Positions 28,857 through 38,891 are shown, numbered from the stretch's first letter. The stretch: 64,000 nucleotides of DNA from Marinoscillum sp. (GCA_038134805.1 JAYPVV010000002.1:139539-203538); one strand, 5' to 3'. Program-made: numbers and translations. Notes: generated by a model not told the origin, from the letters alone.

Positions 28857-30020
28857 TTATAAATTGTTTATTTTTTGTTTAGTATACTCTCTAGTCAATT
28901 GATCAGTTTCAATAAGTTGATCTAGATTGGGGTCTGCAATATATGCTATTTTATTTAAAGAATCTTCAATAATATTAGTCATATCTAAATATCTGATTTT
29001 ATTTTTTAAAAATGCATCAACAACGATTTCATTAGAAGCGTTCAATATACATGGAGAATTACCTCCATTTTTACATGATTCAAAAGCTAATTTTAAATTA
29101 TTAAAAGTTTTAAGACAAGGTTTTTCAAATGTTAGATTATTATTTAAAATAAAGTCAAATCTTTTGAAATTGTTAGTTATTCTTTCTCCAGATGCCAAAG
29201 CATATTGAATAGGCAGCCTCATATCTGGATCTCCTAATTGAGCTTTAATAGAACCATCTTTAAACATAACCATAGAATGAATTATAGACTGAGGGTGAAT
29301 AACTACGTCTATCTTTTCAAATTTTAAGTTAAATAAATGTTTAGCTTCGATTACCTCTAAGCCCTTATTCATTAAAGTAGAAGAATCAATTGTAATTTTA
29401 CTTCCCATTTCCCAGTTAGGATGAGATAAAGCCTCTTCTTTTGTAATATTTTTGAGCTGCTCTAATGATTTATTTTTAAATGGCCCCCCAGAAGCTGTAA
29501 GAATAATTTTTTCAATATTATCCTTTAATTCTCCAACTAAACATTGATAAATTGCTGAGTGTTCTGAATCTACTGGAAAAATTTTGACGCCTTTTGACTT
29601 ACATAAACTCATAATTAAGTCACCTGCTATAACAAGAGTCTCTTTATTGGCAAGAGCTATATCTACACCATTATTAATAGAATTTATTGTAGGAATTAAG
29701 CCTGATTTTCCCACTAGTGCAGTTAAAACAATATTAGGATCGCAATAATTAAGAAAATTATTTAATGACTCTTCACCAAATAGAATATCAATATTTTGTC
29801 CTCTTAATTTATTTCGAATTATTTTTTCTTTGGAAGAGTCCCCAAAAATAATAGCTTTAGGCTTAAACTTTATAGCTTGTTTTATAAGTAGATTATAATT
29901 TGAAAATGCACTTAAAAGTTCTACTTTAAAAATATCTAAATTTTCAGCAATTACTTCCAAAGATTGAGTGCCTATAGATCCTGTAGATCCAAGTACTGCT
30001 ATTTTTTTTGAATTATTCAT
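28857..30020 (-). CDS. dxr: 1-deoxy-D-xylulose 5-phosphate reductoisomerase
   Basis: 387 aa with LGSTGSIGTQSL, PVDSEHSAIYQC and SHPNWEMG. Confidence 0.94.
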   Translation of the reverse strand: MNNSKKIAVLGSTGSIGTQSLEVIAENLDIFKVELLSAFSNYNLLIKQAIKFKPKAIIFGDSSKEKIIRNKLRGQNIDILFGEESLNNFLNYCDPNIVLTALVGKSGLIPTINSINNGVDIALANKETLVIAGDLIMSLCKSKGVKIFPVDSEHSAIYQCLVGELKDNIEKIILTASGGPFKNKSLEQLKNITKEEALSHPNWEMGSKITIDSSTLMNKGLEVIEAKHLFNLKFEKIDVVIHPQSIIHSMVMFKDGSIKAQLGDPDMRLPIQYALASGERITNNFKRFDFILNNNLTFEKPCLKTFNNLKLAFESCKNGGNSPCILNASNEIVVDAFLKNKIRYLDMTNIIEDSLNKIAYIADPNLDQLIETDQLTREYTKQKINNL

Positions 30021-31533
30021 ATTTTGCTAATTCATCTATTATCTTAGAATTATTTGACAGTCTAGGCACTTTATTTTGACCCCCTAATTTTCCATTTAAC
30101 TTCATAAAATTAATGAATGATTTTCTTTTTAATACTGTAATTTTTAAAGGAGATAAAACTCTATCTTGAATTAGATCTTTATAATAAGAATTTAATTTTT
30201 GTAGATTTTTATCAATTTCAGACTCAAATAATTTAAGATTATGTGGTTTTTCGCTAAATTCAATTAACCAGTTATGGTGAGACCTACCTTTTGAATCAAT
30301 TATCCTTGGACCGACAGTATATTCAACAACTTTAATATTATTAAATTTTTCACAAGCTTTTTTTAATGCTAAATCTACCTCTTCAACTATAACATGCTCT
30401 CCAAAAGCTGAAATAAATTGTTTGGTTCTACCAGTTACTACTATTTTAAGTGGATTTAAGTTGGTAAATTTAATAGTGTCACCAATGAGATATGACCAAA
30501 GACCAGCATTTGAAGTAATTATTAAAGCATAATTTATATTTGTTTTTACCTCACCTATCATAATCCTTTTAGGATTAGTTTTTTGTAATTCTGATAATTC
30601 AATAAATTCATAAAAAATACCTGAATTAATTTGAAGCAAAAGATCACTTTTATTTCTTGAGTTTTGATAAGCAAAAAATCCTTCTGAAGCTGGATATGTT
30701 TCTAAAGTATCAATTTCTTTACCTATACTATTGAATAAATTATTTTTATACGGTTCAAAATTTACACCACCATGACATAATAGTTGAAGATTAGGAAATA
30801 TATCTTTAATTTTTTTTCCTGTCTTTTTTGTTAGAACGTCAAAATACATTTGAATCCAAGGAGGAATTCCTCCTAATATTCTCAGATCTGAGTTTAGAGT
30901 TTCATCAACTATTTTATCAATCTTTTTTTCCCAATCTTCAATCCTATTAGTTTCTTTAGATGGTAAAAGCAAGTGTTTTAAGTATATGGGTTCGTGATGA
31001 TTAACTATGCCTGAAAGCCTACCTATTTTAATTCCATTTTTCTCTTCAAGTGTTGGTGAACCAGAGATAAACATGGCTTTCCCTTTTAATGATTTTAATG
31101 ATTTTTTTTCATTTAAATAATCTGTAAGAAAATAGCTTGCTGAATTAATTTGGTTTTTTAAAGATTCTTTTGTTAATGGAATATATTTTGAGCCTGAAGT
31201 CGTTCCAGAAGTTTTTGCAAAATATAGTGGTTTCCCAGGCCATAATATATTTTTATTACCTTTTTTAATCAAATCAATGTATTCCTTTATTTCCTCATAG
31301 TCTCTTATTGGAACATTATTTTTAAACTCAATATAGTTTTTTATTGAAACAAAATTATGATTAATGCCAAACTGAGTATTTTTAGCTTTATCTATTAATT
31401 TTTTGAGTAATCTAAGTTGAATTAGATTTGCTTGTCTCTGGGAAATATGCTTAATAGCAAAGGATTTATCAAAAGATTTGATAAAATTTAAAAGAGTTAA
31501 TAGTATAGTTGATATCATTTTTTGATTAATCAA
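30013..31533 (-). CDS. GH3 (auxin-responsive promoter) family adenylate-forming protein
   Basis: 506 aa. FAKTSGTTSGSKYIP matches the GH3 acyl-adenylate motif. Length and the C-terminal region are typical of bacterial GH3 homologues. Confidence 0.75.
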   Translation of the reverse strand: MINQKMISTILLTLLNFIKSFDKSFAIKHISQRQANLIQLRLLKKLIDKAKNTQFGINHNFVSIKNYIEFKNNVPIRDYEEIKEYIDLIKKGNKNILWPGKPLYFAKTSGTTSGSKYIPLTKESLKNQINSASYFLTDYLNEKKSLKSLKGKAMFISGSPTLEEKNGIKIGRLSGIVNHHEPIYLKHLLLPSKETNRIEDWEKKIDKIVDETLNSDLRILGGIPPWIQMYFDVLTKKTGKKIKDIFPNLQLLCHGGVNFEPYKNNLFNSIGKEIDTLETYPASEGFFAYQNSRNKSDLLLQINSGIFYEFIELSELQKTNPKRIMIGEVKTNINYALIITSNAGLWSYLIGDTIKFTNLNPLKIVVTGRTKQFISAFGEHVIVEEVDLALKKACEKFNNIKVVEYTVGPRIIDSKGRSHHNWLIEFSEKPHNLKLFESEIDKNLQKLNSYYKDLIQDRVLSPLKITVLKRKSFINFMKLNGKLGGQNKVPRLSNNSKIIDELAKYE

Positions 31534-31571
31534 ATATGCTAAAATTTCTTGAATTTAATGAAATCAAAAAA

Positions 31572-32903
31572 CTATCCTAATGATATACGTTTATTGATTT
31601 CCTGAATATTTTTTTTGAAAATACTATCAGTATCAATCATATCATTTACAGATTGAACTGCATGAATAACAGTACTATGATCCCTTCCTCCAAAATGAAA
31701 TCCAATAGATTTGAGAGAATTATTTGTATAATCTTTTGAAAAGTACATGGCTACTTGTCTTGCAATAACTATTTCTTTATTTCTTGCCTTATCTTTCATC
31801 TCTTCAATACTAATATTAAAATAATTAGATACAATTTCCTGTATATATTTTATGTCAATTTCTCTATTAGTATTTTTAACAATCTTAGAAATAATAGTTT
31901 TAGTAAGGTCTATATCAATGTCATGATTAGATATAGTAGAATAAGCTAAAAGAGAAACTAATACTCCTTCAAGTTCTCTTATGTTAGTATCAACTTGAAA
32001 AGCTATGTATTCTATTACTTCCTTATCAATATTCAATTTTTCTGATTCAATCTTAAAATTTAATATATCAAGCCTTGTCTGATAATCTGGTTTTTCTAAT
32101 TCAACTGTCAATCCTGATTTAAATCTACTAACTAATCTTTTTTCTAATCCTTCTAGTTCAATTGGAGATTTATCAGCTGCAATAATTATTTGTTTATTAT
32201 TTAATAATAACTGATTAAATATGTGAAAAAATACTTCTTGAGTTTTCTCTTTCCCTTTGAAAAATTGGATATCATCAATAATAATACAGTCAATATTTGA
32301 ATAGAAATTTGTAAAGTCTTTTAATTTATTCTCTTTTAATGAATCAACAAATTGATTAGCAAATTTTTCCGAAGTAATATAATAAACAGAAGTATCTAAG
32401 TTTTTTGTAATTTTATTTCCAATAGATTGAATGAGATGTGTTTTGCCAAGCCCTACACTCCCATAAACCATTAATGGATTAAAGGGATTATTTCCAGGAT
32501 TTTGAGCAATTCTTTTTGCTGCTGCTTTTGCTACACTATTACATTTGCCAGGTATGAAATTTTTGAATTTAAAATTTTGGTTGAGATTATTAAAATTAGC
32601 TTTGATAATCTTTGTTTCGTCTAAATTGTTTTCTAAGCTCTCTTCTTTAGATTCTTTGATATCTTCATCTATTTCATATTCTAATTTTCCTTCTTTTCCA
32701 AGTACAGTAACTATTGCTTCATTAAGTAAATTCAAATAATGACCTTCTAGCCATTCATAAAAGAATTGATTAGGCACAACTATAGTTAAAACTTTATTTG
32801 AATAATTTTTAGGTTTAATTGGCTTAAACCAGGTTAAAAAACTCTGATGAGGTATTTTATTTTTTATTAAAGATAAACAGTCCCTCCAATGCTCTATATG
32901 CAT
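31572..32903 (-). CDS. dnaA: chromosomal replication initiator DnaA
   Basis: 443 aa with Walker A GSVGLGKTHL, Walker B IIIDDIQF, and the C-terminal DNA-binding region IVIARQVAMYFSKDYTNNSLKSIGFHFGGRDHSTVIHA. Confidence 0.95.
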   Translation of the reverse strand: MHIEHWRDCLSLIKNKIPHQSFLTWFKPIKPKNYSNKVLTIVVPNQFFYEWLEGHYLNLLNEAIVTVLGKEGKLEYEIDEDIKESKEESLENNLDETKIIKANFNNLNQNFKFKNFIPGKCNSVAKAAAKRIAQNPGNNPFNPLMVYGSVGLGKTHLIQSIGNKITKNLDTSVYYITSEKFANQFVDSLKENKLKDFTNFYSNIDCIIIDDIQFFKGKEKTQEVFFHIFNQLLLNNKQIIIAADKSPIELEGLEKRLVSRFKSGLTVELEKPDYQTRLDILNFKIESEKLNIDKEVIEYIAFQVDTNIRELEGVLVSLLAYSTISNHDIDIDLTKTIISKIVKNTNREIDIKYIQEIVSNYFNISIEEMKDKARNKEIVIARQVAMYFSKDYTNNSLKSIGFHFGGRDHSTVIHAVQSVNDMIDTDSIFKKNIQEINKRISLG

Positions 32904-33122
32904 CTAATTTTTGTTAAGTGGTTTATAAAAAAACTATTAATTAAATAGTTTCCCAAATATTGAATATTTTTTCTAATAATAAAAATCAAATTCTCTATTG
33001 ATTTTTAAAAATCTATATATTTAGAATTTTTGAGATAGTTTTTCAAGTAAAATCTTTGAATAATGCAATAAGTTTTTTTTTAATTTTTAAGAGTTTAAAT
33101 TTGCTTCTTTTCAATTACAAAT

Positions 33123-33812
33123 ATGTGGAAAGAAGCTTACATTAATTCAATTATCAAAGAAACAGATTTAACTTGGAAATTTGTAATTACTCCCAAAGAA
33201 AAATTTAATTTCATACCAGGACAATTTGTTCAAATTAAAATTAAAGATATAGTTAGAAGTTATTCTATTGCATCTTACCATCCAAATGAAAATCTTTTTG
33301 AACTTTTAATAGTAAAATTAGATGGAGGAAGAATGACAAAATATCTTTTTGAAGAATTAAAAGAGGGAGATGCCATTCAAATTAAAGGGCCATTAGGTAA
33401 ATTTATTTTGCCAGAAAAAATTGTATCAGATATTTTATTTATTTGCACAGGTACTGGTTTAGCTCCTTTTAGGAGCATGCTTCAAAGTATACTTTATAAA
33501 AAAAATTCTCATCAAAAGATTTATCTTATTTTTGGTACTAGAACTGTAAAAGACCTTTTATGTCAGAATGAAATGAAAAAATACGAAGAAATAATTGATG
33601 ATTTTAAGTATATACCTACTTTGTCAAGAGAGGAGTGGGATGGTGAAAAAGGATATGTTCACTCAAAGTACATCAAATTAATTAATGAAAAAAATCTTAA
33701 TAATCCTATTTTTTACTTATGTGGATGGAGAGATATGATCAAAGAGGCTAGATTTAATTTGAAAGAATTAGGCTTTGATTCTAAAAGTATTAAATTAGAA
33801 ATTTACGGATGA
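33123..33812 (+). CDS. FNR-like FAD/NAD(P)-binding oxidoreductase
   Basis: 229 aa with the RSYSIAS flavin motif, GTGLAPFRSM nucleotide-binding motif, and C-terminal YLCGW. ATGA overlap with purF. Confidence 0.75.
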   Translation: MWKEAYINSIIKETDLTWKFVITPKEKFNFIPGQFVQIKIKDIVRSYSIASYHPNENLFELLIVKLDGGRMTKYLFEELKEGDAIQIKGPLGKFILPEKIVSDILFICTGTGLAPFRSMLQSILYKKNSHQKIYLIFGTRTVKDLLCQNEMKKYEEIIDDFKYIPTLSREEWDGEKGYVHSKYIKLINEKNLNNPIFYLCGWRDMIKEARFNLKELGFDSKSIKLEIYG

Positions 33813-35692
33813 ATTTTAAAATAAAACATGAATGTGGAATAGCATTTCTTAGATTAAGGAAACCCATTCAATATTTTATTGATAAATATAATACTCCAAG
33901 CTATCCTGTTAATAAAATGTTTCTTATGATGCATAAGCAAAGGAACAGAGGCCAAGATGGATCAGGAATTGCTTCATTAAAGTTAGATGTTAACCCTGGT
34001 AAAAAATATATTAATAGATATAGATCTGTTAAGAAAGATTCAATACAAGACATCTTTAATAAAATTAATAGAAAGTTTGATATAGCTAAAAAAAAAGAAG
34101 ATTATAAATTAGAGGAAAAATGGATTAAAGAAAATATTTCTTTTACAGGAGAAGTATGGTTAGGTCATCTCAGGTATGGAACTTTTGGAGGTAACTCAGT
34201 AATAAATTGCGCCCCATCATTAAGACAAAATAATTGGAAATCTAAAAATTTAATTTTTGCTGGTAATTTTAATATGACTAATTTGGATGAACTTTTTAAT
34301 GTTCTTATTGATTTAGGTCAAAGTCCAAAAGAAAAATCTGACACTGTAACCATTCTTGAAAAAGTTGGGCATTTTTTAGATGAAGAAAATGATAGAGTAT
34401 ATAAAAAGTATTCTTCTAAGCTTTCAAAAAAAGAAATTTCTAAAAAAATTGAATCTGAGTTAAACGTTTGTGAAATTTTAAGAAATTCATTTAAAGATTT
34501 TGATGGTGGATATGCACTAGCTGGATTAATTGGTCATGGATCCTCTTTCCTTGCTCGTGACCCAAATGGAATTCGACCACTTTATTACTATGTTAATGAT
34601 GAAGTAATTGTGGGTGCAAGTGAAAGACCTCCTATCAAAACATCTTTTGCGTGTGATTTTAATGATATCCATGAATTAGAGAGAGGAAATGCTCTTATTA
34701 TTAATAAGGACGGTAGCTATTCTGTTGAAAAATTTATTGAGCCAAAGGAAAATCGGGCATGCTCATTTGAAAGAATATATTTTTCAAGAGGAAATGATCC
34801 TGAAATTTATAATGAAAGAAAAACTTTAGGAAAGTTATTAGTTCCTTCAATATTACACTCTATTAATTTTGATATCAAAAACACAATTTTTTCTTATATT
34901 CCAAATACATCAGAGACATGTTTTTATGGGATGATAGATGAGTTAAAAAATTATATAATTACAATAAAAAATGATGTTTTTATAAATAATAAAAGTTTTA
35001 AAGATTCTAAAGAAGATCTTATTTCTCTAAAAGTAAGAATGGAGAAATTAGTTAGTAAAGATGTTAAGATGAGAACCTTTATTACAGATGACTTATCTAG
35101 AAATGAACTAGTATCTAATGTTTATGATACCACTTTTGGAATAGTTAATAAAGACAAAGATACAGTTGTGATTATTGACGACTCAATTGTTAGAGGGACT
35201 ACTCTTGAAAAAAGCATACTTACTTTATTATCTTCTCTAGATGCTAAAAAAGTTGTTTTTGTGTCATCATCTCCTCAAATTAGGTACCCAGATTGTTATG
35301 GTATAGATATGAGCAAAATGCATCAATTTGTAGCATTTAGAGCTTTAATTAGATTAATCAAAATCAATAAATTAGAAAATAAGTTAAAAGAAACATACAA
35401 AAAATGTATTAATAGTTTATCTGAGAAGAAAGCTATTAATCACGTAAAAGAACTTTATGACCTTTTCACATATAAAGAAATCTCAGAGTCTGTATCTAAT
35501 TTAGTTAAGCCAAAGAATTTTAAATCTGAATTAGAAATAATTTACCAAGAAATTGAAGACTTAAATAAAGCTTGTCCTAAAAATTTAGGTGATTGGTATT
35601 TTACTGGGAATTATCCTACTCCCGGTGGAAATAAAGTCGCCAATAGGGCATTTATAAATTACTATGATAATCTAGATAAGAGACCTTATTAG
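33809..35692 (+). CDS. purF: amidophosphoribosyltransferase (long Bacteroidota-type class II)
   Basis: 627 aa. A short propeptide precedes the Ntn catalytic Cys (MNFKIKHE|CGIAF). PRTase motif VVIIDDSIVRGTT. Confidence 0.85.
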   Translation: MNFKIKHECGIAFLRLRKPIQYFIDKYNTPSYPVNKMFLMMHKQRNRGQDGSGIASLKLDVNPGKKYINRYRSVKKDSIQDIFNKINRKFDIAKKKEDYKLEEKWIKENISFTGEVWLGHLRYGTFGGNSVINCAPSLRQNNWKSKNLIFAGNFNMTNLDELFNVLIDLGQSPKEKSDTVTILEKVGHFLDEENDRVYKKYSSKLSKKEISKKIESELNVCEILRNSFKDFDGGYALAGLIGHGSSFLARDPNGIRPLYYYVNDEVIVGASERPPIKTSFACDFNDIHELERGNALIINKDGSYSVEKFIEPKENRACSFERIYFSRGNDPEIYNERKTLGKLLVPSILHSINFDIKNTIFSYIPNTSETCFYGMIDELKNYIITIKNDVFINNKSFKDSKEDLISLKVRMEKLVSKDVKMRTFITDDLSRNELVSNVYDTTFGIVNKDKDTVVIIDDSIVRGTTLEKSILTLLSSLDAKKVVFVSSSPQIRYPDCYGIDMSKMHQFVAFRALIRLIKINKLENKLKETYKKCINSLSEKKAINHVKELYDLFTYKEISESVSNLVKPKNFKSELEIIYQEIEDLNKACPKNLGDWYFTGNYPTPGGNKVANRAFINYYDNLDKRPY

Positions 35693-36033
35693 ATTGAAAA
35701 ACTTTCTCCACACCCACATGTCCTTGAGGCATTAGGGTTGTTAAATTGAAATCCTTTTCCGTTTAGGCCATCACTGAAATCTAACTCAGTACCAAGAATA
35801 TAAAATAGGCTTTTTTTGTCTACTACTATTTTCATTCCATTGTCTTCAAAAAACTCATCTTTATCAGAAATAAGGTTATCAAAATTCAAGTCATATTGAA
35901 GTCCAGAGCAGCCACCGCTCTTTACTTTTACTCTTACATTATGATCAGAGGAGTGATTTTCTAATTTTCTTAATTCTATAAGTTTTTTTGCAGCCTTGTC
36001 TGTAATTTTAATCATAATTTTAAATGATGACAA
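35689..36033 (-). CDS. iron-sulfur cluster insertion/assembly protein (IscA/ErpA HesB family)
   Basis: 114 aa with KSGGCSGLQYDL and the C-terminal CGCGESF triad. Confidence 0.88.
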   Translation of the reverse strand: MSSFKIMIKITDKAAKKLIELRKLENHSSDHNVRVKVKSGGCSGLQYDLNFDNLISDKDEFFEDNGMKIVVDKKSLFYILGTELDFSDGLNGKGFQFNNPNASRTCGCGESFSI

Positions 36034-36071
36034 AATTATAAAATTTAAAACTTAATATAAAATAAATTATT

Positions 36072-37097
36072 TTGAGTAGAACTGAGATTAATGAATTAGG
36101 AGAATTTGGTTTAATAAATATGATTAATTCTCAATTTAAAAACTCTAGAAAATCAACTATTCTTGGTATTGGTGATGATGCTGCTGTAATTTCTCCTGAT
36201 AAAGAATTGGTTTTAATATCATCAGATATGCTTATTGAAGGTATACATTTTGATCTATCATATTCACCTTTGAAGCACATAGGTTATAAATCCGTAATAG
36301 TTAATTTATCAGATATTTATTCGATGAACGCATATCCAAAACAGATATTAATAAATATCGCAATTAGTAATAAATTTTCATTGGAAGCAATTAATGAATT
36401 TTATGAAGGTGTAGAATTTGCATGTAATGAACATTCTATTGATTTAGTAGGAGGAGATACCACCTCATCAACTTCTGGTCTTATAATATCATGTACCGTT
36501 GTTGGGTATCAAGATAAAAGATTAGTTTCTCTAAGAAAAAATGCTAAATCTGAAGATATTATCTGTATATCTGGAGATTTAGGGAAGGCCTATACTGGAT
36601 TGCTAGTCTTACAAAGGGAAAAAAATAATTTTTTAAAAAATCCAAAACAACAGCCTTTACTAGATCCTTATAAGGCCCTTATTGAAAGTCAACTAAGACC
36701 AAAAGCTAGGAAAGATATTATTGATTTTTTTAAGTTAAATAAAATAATTCCTAATAGTATGATTGATATCTCTGACGGACTTTCATCTGATATTAATCAT
36801 TTATCTGATTCATCAAAACTTGGTTTTAAAATTTTTGAAGAAAAAATCCCTGTAAGAAAAGAAGTAATAGAAACTTCAAAAGAGTTAAATGTTAATTATT
36901 TAGATTCAATATTAAATGGTGGTGAAGAATATGAATTAATTTTTTCTCTACCTTTAGATATATATGAAAACTTAAATTTTAATGGAATAGACATTACTCC
37001 TATTGGTCATTTCACGGAAAGTGAAAAAAAAATACTTGTATTAAAAAATGGAACTGAAGTAAATTTGAATTCAAAGGGCTGGAATCATTTTAATTAA
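36072..37097 (+). CDS. thiL: thiamine-monophosphate kinase
   Basis: 341 aa with a TTG start. GIGDDAAVI, the GGDTTSS AIR-synthase-like fold motifs, and DISDGLSSD. Confidence 0.85.
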   Translation: MSRTEINELGEFGLINMINSQFKNSRKSTILGIGDDAAVISPDKELVLISSDMLIEGIHFDLSYSPLKHIGYKSVIVNLSDIYSMNAYPKQILINIAISNKFSLEAINEFYEGVEFACNEHSIDLVGGDTTSSTSGLIISCTVVGYQDKRLVSLRKNAKSEDIICISGDLGKAYTGLLVLQREKNNFLKNPKQQPLLDPYKALIESQLRPKARKDIIDFFKLNKIIPNSMIDISDGLSSDINHLSDSSKLGFKIFEEKIPVRKEVIETSKELNVNYLDSILNGGEEYELIFSLPLDIYENLNFNGIDITPIGHFTESEKKILVLKNGTEVNLNSKGWNHFN

Positions 37098-37887
37098 TTG
37101 ATTTAACAAGAAAACTTTGATATTTAGAGTAGTCTATTATTTCATTAGAATTAAATATTCCGTAAAAACATGAACCACTACCTGTTAAACTTACATATTT
37201 AGCTCCTAAATTAATTAAGTCTTTTTTGATAGTTTCTAATTCTTCTATTTTTGAAAAAGCAAAACTCTCAAAATCATTTTTTATATATTTCTGCCAATTT
37301 TCTAAATTTTCATTCTCTAAAACTTCTCTTAAATTAAATTTAGGCTTAGATGGTTTAATATTTTTGTATGCCTCATGAGTGCTGATTCCTTTATTAGGAT
37401 TAACTATTAAAATATATTTATCTTTTAGATCTAGCTTCACATCCTCAAAAATATTTCCAGTTCCATAAACTAATTTGATCTTATTTTCTAAAAAAAAAGG
37501 ACAATCACTTCCAATTTCATTTGAAAGTTTAATTAGATCATTATCATTATATAATTGAAATTTTTGATTTAAAAAATTAATTACAAAACTAGCATCTGAT
37601 GAACCACCTCCTAATCCCGCACCAATTGGTATATTTTTATGTAAATGAATTTTAAACTTTGATTTGTCTTCAAAAAATTTAGAAGCTTTTAATATAATAT
37701 TATCAGAATTTTTTTCTTTTATTTTAATTCCGGACAAACTTAGCGAAGTAGAATTTCTTTCATTAATTTCTATAACATCATAGAGAGTTATTGGACAAAA
37801 ACACGATTCTAAATTGTGATATCCGCTATTAGTTTTATCAATAACATTTAGCCCAATATTTATTTTAGCATTTGGAAATAAAAACAT
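37090..37887 (-). CDS. ispE: 4-(cytidine 5'-diphospho)-2-C-methyl-D-erythritol kinase
   Basis: 265 aa with NAKINIGLNVIDKTNSGYHNLES and the GHMP kinase motif PIGAGLGGGSSDAS. Confidence 0.9.
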   Translation of the reverse strand: MFLFPNAKINIGLNVIDKTNSGYHNLESCFCPITLYDVIEINERNSTSLSLSGIKIKEKNSDNIILKASKFFEDKSKFKIHLHKNIPIGAGLGGGSSDASFVINFLNQKFQLYNDNDLIKLSNEIGSDCPFFLENKIKLVYGTGNIFEDVKLDLKDKYILIVNPNKGISTHEAYKNIKPSKPKFNLREVLENENLENWQKYIKNDFESFAFSKIEELETIKKDLINLGAKYVSLTGSGSCFYGIFNSNEIIDYSKYQSFLVKSIN

Positions 37888-37889
37888 AA

Positions 37890-38696
37890 CTACTTGAATT
37901 GATCAATGATCTCTTCGGAAATTCCAGTATTTGAGAATCCCCCATCATGAAACAAGTTTTGCATAGTTACTTTTTTACTTAAGTCAGAAAACAAAAAAAC
38001 ACAATAATTAGCACATTCTTCAGCTGTAGCATTTCCAAGTGGTGACATTTTTTCTGCGTAGTTATAAAACGCATTAAATCCTTCAATCCCAGCTCCTGCT
38101 GTGGTTACAGTTGGAGATTGAGATATAGTATTTACTCTTGTTTTGAATTTTTTCCCTAATCTATATCCATAGCTTCTGGTAATTGATTCTAGTAAGGATT
38201 TTGCTTCTGCCATATCTGAGTAAAAAGGAAAAGTCCTTTGAGCCGCAATATATGATAGTCCTACTATTGAAGACCACTTATTTAATAAATTCTTTTTTTC
38301 TGCAGTTTGCATGAGCTTATGAAAAGAAAGTGCAGACACATCTAAAGTTTTTATCATCCATTCGTAATTAAGATCACCATATTCTTTGTTTTTTCTTACA
38401 TTTGGTGACATGCCAACTGAATGTAAGATGAAATCTATTTTTCCTCCTAATATTTCAGAAGATTCAGAATATAATTTTTCAATATCTTCAACAGAAGTTA
38501 AGTCGGCAGGAATAACTTTAGTAGAGCATTTCTCTGCAAGCTCATTTATTTTTCCCATTCTTAAGGCAATTGGAGCATTAGTTAAAGTAAATTTTGCTCC
38601 ATGATCAAAACACTTTTCAGCAACTTTCCAAGCAATCGAATTCTCATCCAAAGCTCCTGATATTATTCCTTTTTTCCCTTTTAGTAACATAATCAA
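37890..38696 (-). CDS. fabI: enoyl-[acyl-carrier-protein] reductase FabI
   Basis: 268 aa SDR with HSVGMSP and a Y-x6-K-type catalytic region (FYSDMAEAKSLLE). Typical FabI length. Confidence 0.85.
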   Translation of the reverse strand: MIMLLKGKKGIISGALDENSIAWKVAEKCFDHGAKFTLTNAPIALRMGKINELAEKCSTKVIPADLTSVEDIEKLYSESSEILGGKIDFILHSVGMSPNVRKNKEYGDLNYEWMIKTLDVSALSFHKLMQTAEKKNLLNKWSSIVGLSYIAAQRTFPFYSDMAEAKSLLESITRSYGYRLGKKFKTRVNTISQSPTVTTAGAGIEGFNAFYNYAEKMSPLGNATAEECANYCVFLFSDLSKKVTMQNLFHDGGFSNTGISEEIIDQFK

Positions 38697-38890
38697 AAAT
38701 TAAAAATTCCCTTCATCACAAAGTAAGGTATAATTATATAAAGTATTGAATCTCTAATCAAATAATAAATAAAAATTATAGCAAATAATTTCCAGCCAAA
38801 TTTTTTTATAGTTTTTTTAAATCCATGTTCTTTATAATAAAAAACATACTTTCTTAAAAACTTTGGAATCATTTTTTCCTTAATTGTCAT
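38693..38890 (-). CDS. small hypothetical membrane protein
   Basis: 65 aa from the internal ATG (MTIKEKMIPKF...). This start removes the overlap with the upstream gene, which ends at 38892. One or two hydrophobic segments (LFAIIFIYYLI, ILYIIIPYFV). The track ORF extends to 38941. Confidence 0.4.
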   Translation of the reverse strand: MTIKEKMIPKFLRKYVFYYKEHGFKKTIKKFGWKLFAIIFIYYLIRDSILYIIIPYFVMKGIFNF

Positions 38891-38891
38891 T

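Noticed and set aside
32915-32927. The 13-mer TAAGTGGTTTATA is shared between the dnaA upstream region (32915..32927) and the mraZ upstream region (783..795). This hinted that an MraZ-type box might also control dnaA.
   Set aside because: A single 13-mer match between two places in 64 kb of AT-rich DNA is expected by chance many times over. The orientation relative to the two genes differs, and there is no phased repeat array at dnaA.
32904-33122. Calling this spacer oriC outright.
   Set aside because: The dnaA adjacency and strand switch fit, but I found no canonical DnaA box (TTATCCACA or its complement) by reading both strands. Bacteroidota origins are often not next to dnaA. It is kept only as a low-interest finding.
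36034-36071. Riboswitches ahead of thiL (TPP), ribE (FMN, 54838..54877) and the YhhQ-like transporter (preQ1, 58404..58412).
   Set aside because: The upstream gaps are 38, 40 and 9 nt and are almost pure A/T. That is too short and unstructured to hold these aptamers.
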